Origin: Trichoplax sp. H2
Lineage: Eukaryota
Length of the DNA stretch: 64,000 nucleotides
Direction of reading: 5' to 3'
NCBI GenBank assembly: GCA_003344405.1
Contig: NOWV01000016.1
Span: 620,001 to 684,000 of the forward strand
The position numbers and the translations under genes were made by a program. Positions 1 through 13,190 of the stretch are shown here, one piece after another. The notes under the pieces are model-generated. The model was not told the origin of the DNA, searched no databases, and saw only the letters and a list, made by a program, of their open reading frames with translations. How positions within the stretch are numbered: position 1 is the first letter of the stretch; every line of letters begins with the position of its first letter.

Positions 1-402
1 ACCATACAGTCCTACAGTCCAGTACTGTCCTGAGTACTGTACAGGTCTTGCCAGTACAGTACTGTAGTTGGACGGACGATCCAAGTGGGTACGTACCAGT
101 GTGTCACTGTACACTGGTGTCAACGTCCAGATACCATCAACTCTTGCAATTCCTTGATTTGCGAATGCGCACAGTAAAACTATGCACGCTACAGTACGCA
201 GTACTGTACTCAGTCCGTGACAATACTGTGCTTTATTACTGCATTCCCATGGGGAAAAAGACTAGAGTCCAGTTAAGACCAGTGTCACTCCCTTCTCCGA
301 CTGTACATTACAGTACTGTACAGTACTATACAGTACTGTACTGTACTGTACTGTACTGTAGATAATTCCGCTGTAGCAGGCATGACTAAAGTACAGTACT
401 GT
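1..402. repeat. CAGTA/TACTG pentamer-rich low-complexity tract
   Basis: Dense TACAGTAC/ACTGTAC motifs, including a (CTGTA)n run at ~335-360. Confidence 0.85.
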
Positions 403-637
403 AAAATCATCAAATCAAATTACGTAGTCTTTTGGGGGATAGACTTGCCCTACAGGATGCGCAGCTTCTGGTCTAAGCAGATCGTCACTGGACAACTGCG
501 AGAACCAAAGCAGGCATGACTAAAGTACTGTAACATCGTCAAATCAAATTACGTAGTCTTTTGGGGGGATAGACTTGCCCTACAGGATGCGCAGCTTCTG
601 GTCTAAGCAGATCGTCACTGGACAACTGCGAGAACCA
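375..637. repeat. Tandem duplication, 2 x ~130 bp
   Basis: AGCAGGCATGACTAAAGTAC...GGACAACTGCGAGAACCA at 375-507 and 509-637, near-identical. Confidence 0.95.
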
Positions 638-1966
638 TCAGCACCAACTACAAGGAGTTCGTGGTTGTAAATTGTCACCCAGTGATCGATCGGAGTGAAA
701 CGTCACTCACGACTCCGAGTGACGTCCAGTATAATACGATGGAGGGCGTGTACGAATACGACTCCAATTTGCGCTTTCGTCATGTCCGTTATCCGCTACC
801 ACAGAATCCAATTTGCCTTTCTAACCATCGAATAGTATCTACCTGCTTGTTGTCATCGCGATGAGAAGAACAGTTGTATGATCAAACAGGTTTAATCGTT
901 GAACTAGAATGGACAGAACTTGCGGCACCAGGAGACACTTTGCTGCCAGCAATGAGTAGTACTAAGTAGTACCGTGTGTATTGACTCGATAGTATCGTGA
1001 GAGTAGATTGATCGAATCATGGTAGTATATCACAACTAGACTTGATATTCTCATGGTAATAATAATGCACAAAAATAGGATAGTGGTTGATACATCTACA
1101 CTGGACAACACTGTGCAAATCGCCGACATGTATAATATCATCAGTATGGGCTAGCCCTAACCTTTGGTAATGGAGTAGAACAGCCTAGGTCAAAACTGCA
1201 TTGTCAAAAGAATACTGCCAATTATTTTAATTATCCAACTTATCGTCATATCATAGATATCGATCAACTATAGAATCATCAATACGTAAATGAGCTGAAA
1301 TGACTTGTTCAGAAAAGATTCCCATCAGCCGTATAGATCACGGTAGAGCATATTTAAACACAATTTAGCACAGAAAGATTGATACTGATATTTTCATTGC
1401 ATTGTCGTTAGAAAATGGACTACGTTATAAAGTTAAGAGAGCTTTTTTTATTATTGAAACGCTATCAATGGGTGATTAATAACTAACACACCATCATTTT
1501 CTCCTACATTTCCTATGTGTACAGCATAACATAATATACAGTAGACGTAAACAATCGTGTTAAGTAGATAACAGATATTCTAGAATAGCATCATTAAATT
1601 TCGGTCAAATTGCAATTTACATACAGTATATTCTACGGAGAATCACATAGCATCGCACACCAACATGAATCCTGTTCAGTTTTTCTATTATACTGTACGA
1701 GTATTATTGATTCCAGGCGATTTCAACTTAAACTAGAAAGAATGAATCTTTGTAGTCGACATTAACAATATTACGCTGTTTCATGAATGAATAGGCTTGG
1801 CAAATACAGTGCAGGACATGTTTTTTTACATACATTGCAAAAGCCTGTTCATTTAGATACACTGTTACAGTATAAAATGTAAGCATATTATAAAATAATA
1901 ACATACGACTATTACATTACATATTATGACAATTTTTTCTCCCCACTTTCAATCAATGTTAAATTG

Positions 1967-4900
1967 TTATCTTTCTTTTGGCTTTATATCCAATGATAAT
2001 TGATATAACGACTATAGATTTTTAAGATATCAAAGAATATCCATCATAAAAATGAAGCTACAAAACATAGTGTCAATACTTTCGTACAAGTAGTATCTCA
2101 AAGTTGGAATTTTATAGACACTTTACCTCATCAGTTAAATGATTAACACTTCCACGTAAGAAATCGGCAATAGTAACATCGACATTGATATCGTATGGAC
2201 TACATTAATGCAAATAATTGTCAAAACGTTAGGACAATATGATAATAACATCATGCAATAAAATGAATATATTAAGATATGTAAGAATACGTTATTAATA
2301 CCAATTTTGAAAATTTTCAATATCTTTGACAATTGTGTACAATTTCCACCTTCCTTGAAAATTGATGCTACCATCTGGCAATTTATCTGGATTTCCAAGT
2401 ATAGTGAATGTTACATCCTGGAGTATAAGACCCCTATATTGATAATGGGAAATAATTGCAAATAATTGAATGTTTCAGCACCAAAAAGTAAATAAACTAA
2501 AATCTCCATTGAATAGTGAAGATTATTAAAAATAAATATAAAATGAAACTTACAGATACGGTATGCAAGGAGGCTTAGCCTCGGCCAATGCCGTTCGGTA
2601 AATTTTAAAAGACATGGTATTATCAATAAGACTAGATAATTCTTCAATGGCCTAAAAATTACACATTTTAACATAAGCTCTTAACTAAATCCGTCATAAT
2701 AATTAAGCTATAGCTATCAATTTTTTGGTAACATTAATTTCGTACGGTTGTAAATTGTTTCTGCCAATCGAGACGCCGTACAGAAGCACAATCAAGGGCT
2801 GACAAAATTGCCAAGTACGAATTGAAGTTATTCATGCGGCGCAAACACTAGAAAATGATAGCATACCAAATCCAAATGTTGGAGTTTGCGTAAAGTAATC
2901 TACAACTTGGTTAATAAGGAAATTTATAAACCCTTCCAACCTTCAATATTTTAATACATGTGCCCATTATTTTCTCACGATCTTGCTGTCTCTCTTCTAA
3001 CAAAATACATGTACGAATCCTGCAAATATCCAAGATAAAAGTTTACACAGGAATTCCGTATCAAATGATCGATAAAACCTTTTCATTACTCTTCATAAAC
3101 AACCGGCCATATATGGACTTACCAGTAGGAAATATTATTAAAATGCTCAGTGAAGGCTGTTAAGTTTGGATTTAATTTCTCAGACTGTTTCTTACCCCAT
3201 CTAAGTATTTCCGGAATCTACAAAGTTTTATCACCATAACTTAATGTTATTGATCATAATTTATTTCACACCTGTACGAACCTCAATCTTCTTGAATTGT
3301 TGAAAATCCATTAAAGTAATCTGCTCGGCCAGTTCTTGAGCCGTAAAATCAAATATTTTATACGACCTAATAAAAGAGTAGCATTAGCATCCATATCATT
3401 TGTAAAGCGTAAGAGTAGTAACAATGACAGCTCATTAGGCTACCTAGATTGAACGTTTTCTGCGCACGGTGGAGGACGTAAAGGCTTATTTCTCTTCTTT
3501 CTCATTCGATTACACTATACATATTGAATGGTACGTACTTAACCTCTGTAGAATAATTGAAACTCCATGCTAAACTAAAATTATATTTTACTTGTTCTAG
3601 TTTTACAAGAGCTATATACTACCTCTTGCACTAAAGCTTCCCGTAGCATAACAGTTTCCTTTAATAGACCAGTTTCCAAAAAATTACATTCTAACTCGGC
3701 GAGTCGAAAGACTGCACCGCTATTTAATTCACCACTAATACAATATAACAAATCAACTAGTTAGCTAAACAATATTACGCAACAAATATTTTAGAAAGAA
3801 ACATTTATAATACATGATATAGAGCATAAGTGTAAAATCCTTACCAGCCTGTATGCAAAATTCGCAAAATTAAAGCAAGAGTCTGCTGGCTGACACTGTA
3901 TACTCTCATTTGATCAAACTTTTTAAATGTACGCAAAATTAAGAAAAATAAAATCATAATACTCGTATAATAGGACAAGCTAGCGTATATTCTATAATAA
4001 GATTGAAGATAAAGCAAACACGCTAGGATATCTTAGAAGAAGCTTTTCAATGATTTCAGACGGCGTTATAAAAGTCCTGTAGGTCATGATCAAAGCTTCT
4101 AGGAAGGCTTTATCTAAAAGAATTAATAACATTACTTGTCTAGCAATATATACAAGCTAGAGTCAATATTTAAATTATATATCTATATATGATATTAGTA
4201 TCACAATTGCCAACTAAACTTACTGGTCTTATATGTGTTGGTAGCATAAACAATAAGTGCATTAACTGATCCTCCTTTAATATTGCAGGGACAAGAAGTC
4301 TAGATATCGATATATTTAAGACAATCAATTTAAGTAACAATTTAGGAATTCGCAAGAGGTAAAGAGAATATATAATAACCTACCTTATCTAAGGTTGCAA
4401 AATGAAGATATGAAGATACATCGAATGAAATCAATACATCGTCATCCGATACAACTGAAGCCGGCTTTGCTTTCCTTATATCTTTCAAGCTGTAACGATT
4501 TCATAGTATCCTATAAATAATCTTTACCCACTATAACATTCTATAATAATAAATGTTAATTACTAAAAAATTAATTAATTTTATCTATCTTACACATTAT
4601 CAAAAACTGTCGATATTCGATCGGTATTTTCAATTTCATCTTCCTCTGCAATTGTGCCATCAGCAGATACTTTAGCAAGCACTGAAGGTCGCTGTGTAAG
4701 TAGAAGAGGAATTACCTTGTTTTCTATTCTTAGCATTAAGAAAGTAACAGAGAACATATTGCATTACAAAAGGGACCTTACCTTAGCAGGTAAGGATGCA
4801 CGATCAGGCCTTGATCTATATACCTTTACATAAGAATAATAAAGCAATATTTTATTAACCAAATACATAAATTTTACAATCCCCTACACTTTGTAAATTA

Positions 4901-7900
4901 AAATGCATAGATAGAAACCTTATTTCGACGTAGTGTAGAAGGAGACTTTGTATGCTTTTCCAGTGCTATGGCTACAAGGGAACTATCTTCATCATCACCA
5001 CTTAACGGTGCCTTTGCATCAGCTTCATCATACTCGGTGGCCATGAGTTGAATGTAAGCGGTGACTAAAACAATTTCAAAATAAGCATAGCATTACGCAA
5101 CACATTTCCATCTATTCTTATAATCGTTCAATGTCATGGGAGTATATAGTAACCTGCAATAAAGTTAAGTCTTTTTTGTGCTTACCTGGCTTAGCGTCAA
5201 GTTCGTCATCATTATTAGTTTCCTTATTTTTTTCACTATCATGACTGCCTTCAGTATTTGATGATATCTGATTTCGTTGATTATAAGTTGTATGATCACT
5301 CTTACTACGAAATCTAGCTGGCACAGAATCCGTATTAACTGCGCTCAAATGGCTTGATAAAGGTGCATCAGATTTATCTGAAAATGACGAACTGGAATCG
5401 TCTAGAATTTTTTTATTATTTACCAAACCATCTGAACTGGCATGATTGACGGATTCATTTGATTCTATACGCAATGAAGACTTGTTTAATGGGTCATTAA
5501 CGGATAAATACGAATCATACGATTCTGCCCTAATTTCTCTAGTTACGGGAATATCCAAACTTAACGCCTTCTTAAACCAATTTCTTCGAGACTTGAAGCG
5601 AAACTTTGAAGGAGTAGACTCTTTGGAATTATCGGTAGTTTTAGGCGTAGATTTCTCTGTTAAATTAAAGATAGCGTTCTCCAAAGACTTACAATTTCCA
5701 CTGCTATCAGTCTTTGAGTTATTAAAAGAATTGCTAGAAAAGATGTCATCGACTCCATTGTCCTTTTCTACCGCATGACTGTTTGGACCTTTACCATTTC
5801 GCTAAATTGCCAGAATATTTAGATATTTAATAAAATATACCGTAAGTATGATTAAAGTAATTATTTAAAGTTAATTATTAAATCACTATCAGTAGCATCC
5901 AATACCTTATCCTTCTTTAAAAGCTGCAATCCGTTCCTAATCATAAGATAGTAATTGTTAATACAATATTTGCTAGCATTCATATATTTTCATTCCTCTA
6001 GATTCCTTCAATTAGAAATTTATCTCTTTGATGTGCAATATACATATTATTTGCTTACTTTTTACTCGCCCCGGTTGAAAAAAGTTGCATCACTGAATCT
6101 TTTCTCGCTTTTGTTTCAGCGTATGACACTAATTCCTATAAATTTTAAATTGTCAAGTTACTAATATTGCAAAATTTCATTACAGTAAATTATTTTTTTA
6201 CTAGCAATTTTTGTTACACATGTAAAGTTACTGTAGAGAACATACACCGTGAGGAATCAATGTACCTGAATTCGTGATAAAAATTCTTTAGCTAATGCAT
6301 TGGCTTTTACAGCATCAAATTGGTCCCTGCTTTCATCGACAAGAAGTTTATCAACGTGGCGCATTAAAGCCGCTAATGATAAATATGCCGCACGTTGCTT
6401 GGATGTTAAAATGCTGCTCAATCCACATGTAAGTAAAAATATTTTAATGATCAGTAAGAAAGCAAGCTAATGAATTTAATAAGAAGCTGTTAGCAAACAG
6501 GGATTACGGTCATTTGATGATAAAATTCATCTTTACCTCTCTTTAGCTATTACAGATCCAATGACAATACTTAAAGAATTAATAGTCTCGATAACCGTTG
6601 ATGTTGTCCCGATAGTGAATTCAGGATGTTTCTTCTGTAAGACAGCTGCAATATGAGAAAAAATACAACAATTTACGTTGCTGTTGTCGTTCAAGCAATA
6701 CTAGTTACTAGCCTAGTTAAAACACGTTTTTAGATCCTAGTATTTGATGTCATTTTCAACTCTTGGTTATAATTACTGTAAATTCAGAAGCTGATAACAT
6801 AGGTAACTAGTTTGGAACGTTATAAGTATTAATTGATAAGATAACATTAACTCAGTCTTGAGGCTACAAAATACAATATTCCAAAAGATTTATAAACTTA
6901 CTTTCCATATAACGCAAAGCTACCTTCACATCTTTAACGGCATCCTGTATTTGAACAATTTCCTACGATAACAATTTTTAATATCAATTTTTAGATTTTT
7001 TTAACAATAAATTGTAACGTTGTTCTACAAGTAAAAAAAATTGCAGCAAAACAGTAGTTTAAAGGTAATTCCATTGAGAGTCAAGACAAGGCGAATGAAT
7101 AAGATTTTTTCAACAGAACTGAATTATTAAGAACCTCAATTGTACGGCGTGGCTATTATCTATGAAATATTGGCTATAGCTCAAAGTAAAATACAATGAA
7201 AATATTTATGTCCAACAGAATTAAAATGGGCGTCAAGAAGTGATAAGTCAATTTATTTAAAGATACTCTACAAGAGTGAGTAGAACAATTTTGGAACACC
7301 GCCTTCACGATCATAATTAACGATTTAGCACTATATAATCAAGTATAACAAATTTTTGCCTACTAGCTTTTTATTAATGTTATTTCTTAGAAATGTCGAA
7401 ACAACCTACCATTTTAAATCAGTCTAAATATACAGAATGAACGCTAATAAAGATAGCCTACTTTCAGAGGATCAACACTGGAGCGATCTCCTACTGTTTA
7501 AAATCTCTACTTTTAACTATTAAGAGGCATTCAGGCTAGTACTACTATCCAAGTTGCGATATAATTTTCTACGATTCCCTCCAATATATATATATATATA
7601 TTATAGTCTAGCTTCTGTTAGATTCTAATGATGAAACTCTACACAGGTAAATAACATGTGTGATTTCTTTCTTAACTCTTTGTTCTATTTCTGCTGTTTG
7701 TTTTAGACTAATATGGCACACTAGGAATTGCTCATTAACTTAATTTTGTTATTCTTAGCTCTTTGCTATATATGTCATGTCATTGATATCAGAATATAGA
7801 TGCTGAAATAAAGAGATTTTATACCAAAGTAACAATTCATAAAAATTTCTCTATGCCAAAAATAATGACCGTAATTATGAATGATCACAACAATAAACTG

Positions 7901-9589
7901 CTTTAAAAGACCAAAGTTTCATGAGGCGGTCTTTAATAATTTATAGTGACCATATATGAATTGCTAGGTCATTGCCATTTCGACGGGAAAAATAGTGTAC
8001 GTACTACGAAAATATTGAATTTATCATTACTTCAAGATCAGTTCTTAAAAAATGATAGGTTAATTAATACTACATTAGCACTATAGAGGATCCCGTAGGC
8101 AATTTAATTTTTTTGAATAATTGATGTTTAAGGTGAAATATTCTATCGGCTACATTCGCTATTCTATTTCATTGTATTGTAATTAACGTTGTAGTCTAGA
8201 TGCATCGCTATTCTAAAATGATAGTGATGGTCATTTTTAACTCGAGTAAGAAAAGTAACTATACTTAGCTAGGATCAATAGCAATTACATTAATCATTCC
8301 ATTCAAATCCAAAAGGGTATTATGAAGTTGTTATCCAAAGTAATCAACAATGCCATTAAGATCTATAATCGACCGGCTGCTTATTCATTATCAATGATGA
8401 TATTAGTTCAATTATTCAATAGTCTATTTTACTTCATGGCGCAGCTATGACGAGCAGAATAAGGTAAAACAGTAGTGTTGAAATTTTTTCCTAGGCATTA
8501 TTTATTATTGCCAATTTTACAATAATGATGCTGAAGAATGTCGACAAGTCTTATTTCTAAATTCAGTTAACTTCAATTACGATATACAATTAGCGGTTGG
8601 CTGTATACTGATGTCTGCATTGTACGTGTATGATGATCTAATCGGCAGATGGAGTAAAAGACAGCCTTCGAGGCTTTTACTCGTATGCTAGAAATGTAGG
8701 AGTGTAGGTGTATTATGCGAGAATAACTTAATATGTTATGCGTATATCATCATACCAATTTCTTCTATGCCAAGAAAAATTATGATAATGGATAGTAACT
8801 GATTCCCGGTCAACTTTTACGACTACTTGCTGCTAGAACTAGAATTAGGGGTCTAATATTCTATTGATATAATTCGCAAGCAATTTTCCATTACCTACTT
8901 ATAAAACTAGATGCGAACACAGTAGAGAACGCAGAATAAGTTCATTTCGTAAATTAATTTCATCATTTTAAAGCATTCAAGTTTTTGAAACCCTGTCACT
9001 GCTATGTCAGGAACAGTAGGTAGGGAGTGGAGATAAACAAGGATATTATCGATTTCAGAATAAATTAAGGGATTGTACAGTATACGCGTACAATAGCTTC
9101 ATTGGCTTTACCTAAAGCTATCCAAATCGACTATATTTATAAAACATTGATAAACTAGCTGATCATATTATCCATCGTTAACTTAATTTAACAGCAATGG
9201 CTAACATACAGTATATTAATTAACAGTTCAAAATGAGTTTATGAAGCATGGTCCCAATCGAATAAATCATAAATTAGCATGATATCATAATTGAAATGGC
9301 TATTCAATTTCACGCGGGATAAAATGGATGCACGTTCCATAAGACAGAATATCGATCTACTTCATGCTAGGTGGTTAACATTGAAAAGTATTTCTACAAG
9401 GCTGTATCATTGTCAATGTACACCTACCGTGATCTCGCTAGGCTTGGAGCTATCGAGCGATTTGGCTTCTGATAAAACTTTAGCTTTGCGGCCATTAGGT
9501 GTAGCGTTAACCGATTGATTCTTGGCACTAATATTAAATTGCTTGTGGGAATTGGGCGACCTTAGAAAACTCTTCAATCTCGGCATCAT
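1967..9589 (-). CDS. RAPGEF1: Rap guanine nucleotide exchange factor 1 (C3G)-like, about 24 coding exons; N-terminal domain, REM and CDC25 RasGEF domains
   Basis: Spliced translation starts MMPRLKSFLR (ATG 9589) and includes VKVALRYME, AYLSLAALMRHVDKLL and TAYIQLMATEY (similar to C3G LAYMQLLEDY). REM: IKGGSVNALIVYAT, FLEALIMTYRTFITPSEIIEKLLLR. CDC25: DFTAQELAEQITLMD, IPEILRWGKKQSEKLNPNLTAFTEHFNNISYW, LRRMNNFNSYLAILSALD, PPCIPYLGLILQDVTF. Ends SLYQLSLDIKPKER* (TAA 1969-1967). Exon phases are compatible throughout. ORF 5118-5684 is part of the large central exon (~5186-5801). Confidence 0.92.
3929..4031 (-). other. U12-type (minor spliceosome) AT-AC intron in RAPGEF1
   Basis: Minus-strand donor AG|ATATCCTA, branch-like TTTTCTTAAT about 10 nt before the acceptor TAC|A. 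The phase-2 join restores KLLLR-FKKF; read-through hits a stop codon. Confidence 0.88.
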
Positions 9590-12500
9590 TTTGGAGTCTT
9601 CCCTGCTCGTACATTAATTAATAATGATATGATTGTAAGATTAGAACAAGACCGAAATAAATCAATACTATCGACGTTTTTCCGCATTGATGACGGCCTG
9701 ACAGCTATGTCTAGTAGAATCAAGGTGTGAATAACAGAATGTAAACTAGCAGAGGCGTTTTAGTCGCATTACTTCACCAATGATTGCAACATCAACAAAT
9801 TAATTAGGCATGAATGGCTGGCTATCTGTACAGTACATCACTAATGAACAATCATCGCTGTCGAGAAGTCATCAACGTCTCGTCTCTACTGTTTGATGCT
9901 CTATTGACTTCTGTTTAGTTGTTGTTATTCTTGACTACCTTTCTACTCTACTTACGTCCATGGTACAATGACGTAAGCTGTAGTATTATTTTGCAACATC
10001 ATCTTTTCTTCATTCCAAAATTAGAAGTATTATCCGGTCTGTATACTAGTACTGTCATAATCGCGAGATGGAGACGATGATGACAAGCTAAACACTTCCT
10101 TTCACTACGCCATGGCAATATTGTAGTACACTGTACACAACGGTTGCACAAATTACAGCGGCACGATATATTCTTACTATACACATCCAAGTAATATCCT
10201 TCACATTCAAGTCGAACAGCTTGGTGGAAATTCATGCAGTGATAACATTTTTCTCAGAAATTTATTTTCTTATCTTACTTATAAGAAAAGATAACGTGAA
10301 GGAAGGCATTTAACGTGCATGGCACAAGCCGCTCGCTCCTCCGTCATCAGCTCTCTTTGCCTTAACGTACGAACAGTCAATTGATTATGCAATTACCTGG
10401 ATGACGACTCCAGCAATGCTTGCCTTGTTAAATCTTCTGAATTCGCCTTTAATTTAATGATATAATTCACCAGTAAGAAACATTATAACGAGAGTGCAGA
10501 TTAAAATTTGCTAATCAATTAATACACTATTCGGCTTAGATAACAACATTTTTTACATAAAGTAAATTTTTTAAAACGCGATAATCATGAATTCTAATCA
10601 ACAGATTGAAGTAGGGTATGACGTATTACGGTAGATCATGCAATGGTGTGGATGTTCTGCATCTTTTTTTTCCAGTCGGGAATGATTAAGATGACACAAC
10701 TACAAAATCAGCTACAATCCATGAGCTACGGTAAGCCTTCATTTCCAATTCAAGCCTTAGTTAATAATAACAATATTAAAATTGGGGGAAACCAATTATG
10801 GAAATTATGAATTAGCGTAACAATAGTGGTCATGATAAAAGGATTTAAAAGCGATTCTAAATCGAGTCGAGCAAGTACTGAAAAGATTATGTCAACATGA
10901 CGACCCATGGTAATGTGGTATACGACGTAAACATGGGATAATATACTATAGTTGGCATGTAAATTGGACGAGTTTATGGAATACACTAGCGACGAAGCTT
11001 TAGAAAATGTTGCGATGGAGTTTGCACACCTAGATCGATCCTACGAGTACATACTGCCACTGCAGAAATGAACTGCTCAACTCAAATTTCTCTTCTAGCT
11101 CGCAATTTCAGTCCTTTACAATTCAAAACTCAGGGACTACTCGACTAAAAGTTGCCCGAGTATTAAAACAACTTCACTTGAACTATATATATATACTCTC
11201 ATAACGGTGTGTCGTATAGCGTAATTAAGTGCTCGCTCGACTGTCTTTCCCTATTAGCTATGAGCGATGGCTGCACTGACGCTATTTCTAGGTACATGCT
11301 TGTGCAACTTTTGAAGTCGAAAGTAGCTGATCGTAATTTATTAAACCGCTAAATGTATTACTATTTCGTAGTGCATGGAATTCTTCATTTCAGATTGAAA
11401 CTAAAAAGCTGTGAAAAGTAGAGTTTAGTCACTATCGCAGCACTGACTGAAAGTAAATAATCCTGACTAGAATCCATCTCTATCAGGACTAGGAACACCA
11501 ATACGTATACCCTACTTTCTATCTGCTGTATGTCTATGGCATATTAACATTGACATTTCGCAACGACATTTGAAGTAATGAAGAGCGTTTAACAGGATCC
11601 TACCATACAGGAGCTAAAGAAAGTCAATATTATAAGTCATAAACGATAGATGGATGATTAGAATGACGCAATGCAATTCCATAGTGCATGCAGTGCTTTA
11701 TCAGTTTATTTTGTGCTACTTTTTATGCATCTTTAGTGATTACGCAAGGTCTTATGAAATTGAGGTCCTATTGCGATGGGGATTTATTATATGACTACAC
11801 TTGTACCATCTTCTTACTAGCAAAGAAAGCAGTCGTCAATAGCAGGCATGAGTCATAGATTTATATGTTATGAAAGAATGCGCAATATCGCCATTCAGAC
11901 AGTTCCTTAACAACCAGCTCAATAGAAGTTTATTTTGCTTTCAGTGAATAAACTACCTATCAGCTGTTTAATACAGTTATCTGATAGTTCCTGCTCCTAT
12001 GCTCTTTTACTTGGCTTGAAAAATGAATTTATGGCAGATGAAATTGTACAGTAATTATGATTAACCTTGATGCCCAAAATTATAATTTAAAGATACCGGA
12101 GTACTAAGTATAATCCCTATCCGTACGGTATCTCCAACAAAATATGTCTAAACAGTACAAGCAAATGGAAGAGTAGAATAACTTGAAAACTATTGTATAA
12201 TTACAGTAATTAGTATTGATACCCAACATAATTATTTTGTAGAATCCGCCAAAAAAAAAAACGCCCATACAAGCAAATGTAGGAGTAACAACTAGAAAAC
12301 TACTGCATAATAGTGAATTCATTTAATGAGTATTCTTTGCGCACTATACGTGTACTTTTTACTTTTTACTTTACACATGAGCTGTCTATCCGTATACGGA
12401 ACCACCAAAAATACGCCCATATTAGCAAATATAGGAGTAAAAACTAGTTGGACCGACACTTCGTGCAACGTATAGAATCTCTTTTTCTATCATGTGCAAC

Positions 12501-13052
12501 GACATACGAGCGTAGGGTGCCTAAAATGTCAATTTTATTTCACATTGCTACTACTTGAACACCTGATGATGGCACCATGAACTACAGTTAATCTCAATAT
12601 GTATATTAGTGAAGCAAAATCACGGGTATAATTTATTCCTCATATTAAGACCCATATCGGATAGCACACAGAACAATTCAGAAGTGATGAAATGCGTACA
12701 CTCGTTGAGGATTGGCTAGCACTCAAGTTAAAATTTCAATTCCATCTTTTGCTTGTACAAAGTACTCACTCACCGAAAAACATGGATAAAGTAGCCAAAG
12801 TCGGAACTACCGAATAGAAAAAGGAGACCTTCAGTTTAAGCTATATGTTAACTTGTACCTAGAACACCTCTACCCCCTTATACTTGTTTTGCAAAATTAT
12901 TTGCATCTGTTGAAGACTTTAGATCTAAAGGCATCAACTTGAATAATCTGCTTATAACACTTTGTGTCTAATCATGGTCATTAATACCTGTGTACGCGTA
13001 TACAATCCAAGTAAACGAATCAAAGATTCGATATAATCACACAAACATACGA

Positions 13053-13190
13053 CTTGTAATAAGTTGTATTGTTGCCTATTAAAAGTTGTCAGTAAAATGG
13101 AGAAAGACGAATGGCAAGTTCCTTGTAATAAGTTGTATTGTTGCCTATTAAAAGTTGTCAGTAAAATGGAGAAAGAGGAATGGCAAGTTC
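13053..13190. repeat. Tandem duplication, 2 x 69 bp
   Basis: CTTGTAATAAGTTGTATTG...AATGGCAAGTTC at 13053-13121 and 13122-13190, one mismatch seen. Confidence 0.95.

Noticed and set aside
134-262. Possible minus-strand exon with a signal-peptide-like stretch (TVACIVLLCAFA...D|GTATCT)
   Set aside because: No in-frame ATG before an upstream stop, it overlaps low-complexity DNA, and the flanking sequence is missing.
5446-5778. Antisense or alternative-frame ORFs over real exons (also 50287-50490 and several within 60537-63542)
   Set aside because: Shadow frames of the RAPGEF1, RPAP2 and pappalysin coding sequences.
12117-12448. Degenerate short duplications (CTATCCGTA..., ACGCCCATA..AGCAAAT.TAGGAGTAA.AACTAG)
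   Set aside because: Two short diverged copies with no terminal repeats or other structure, so not assignable.
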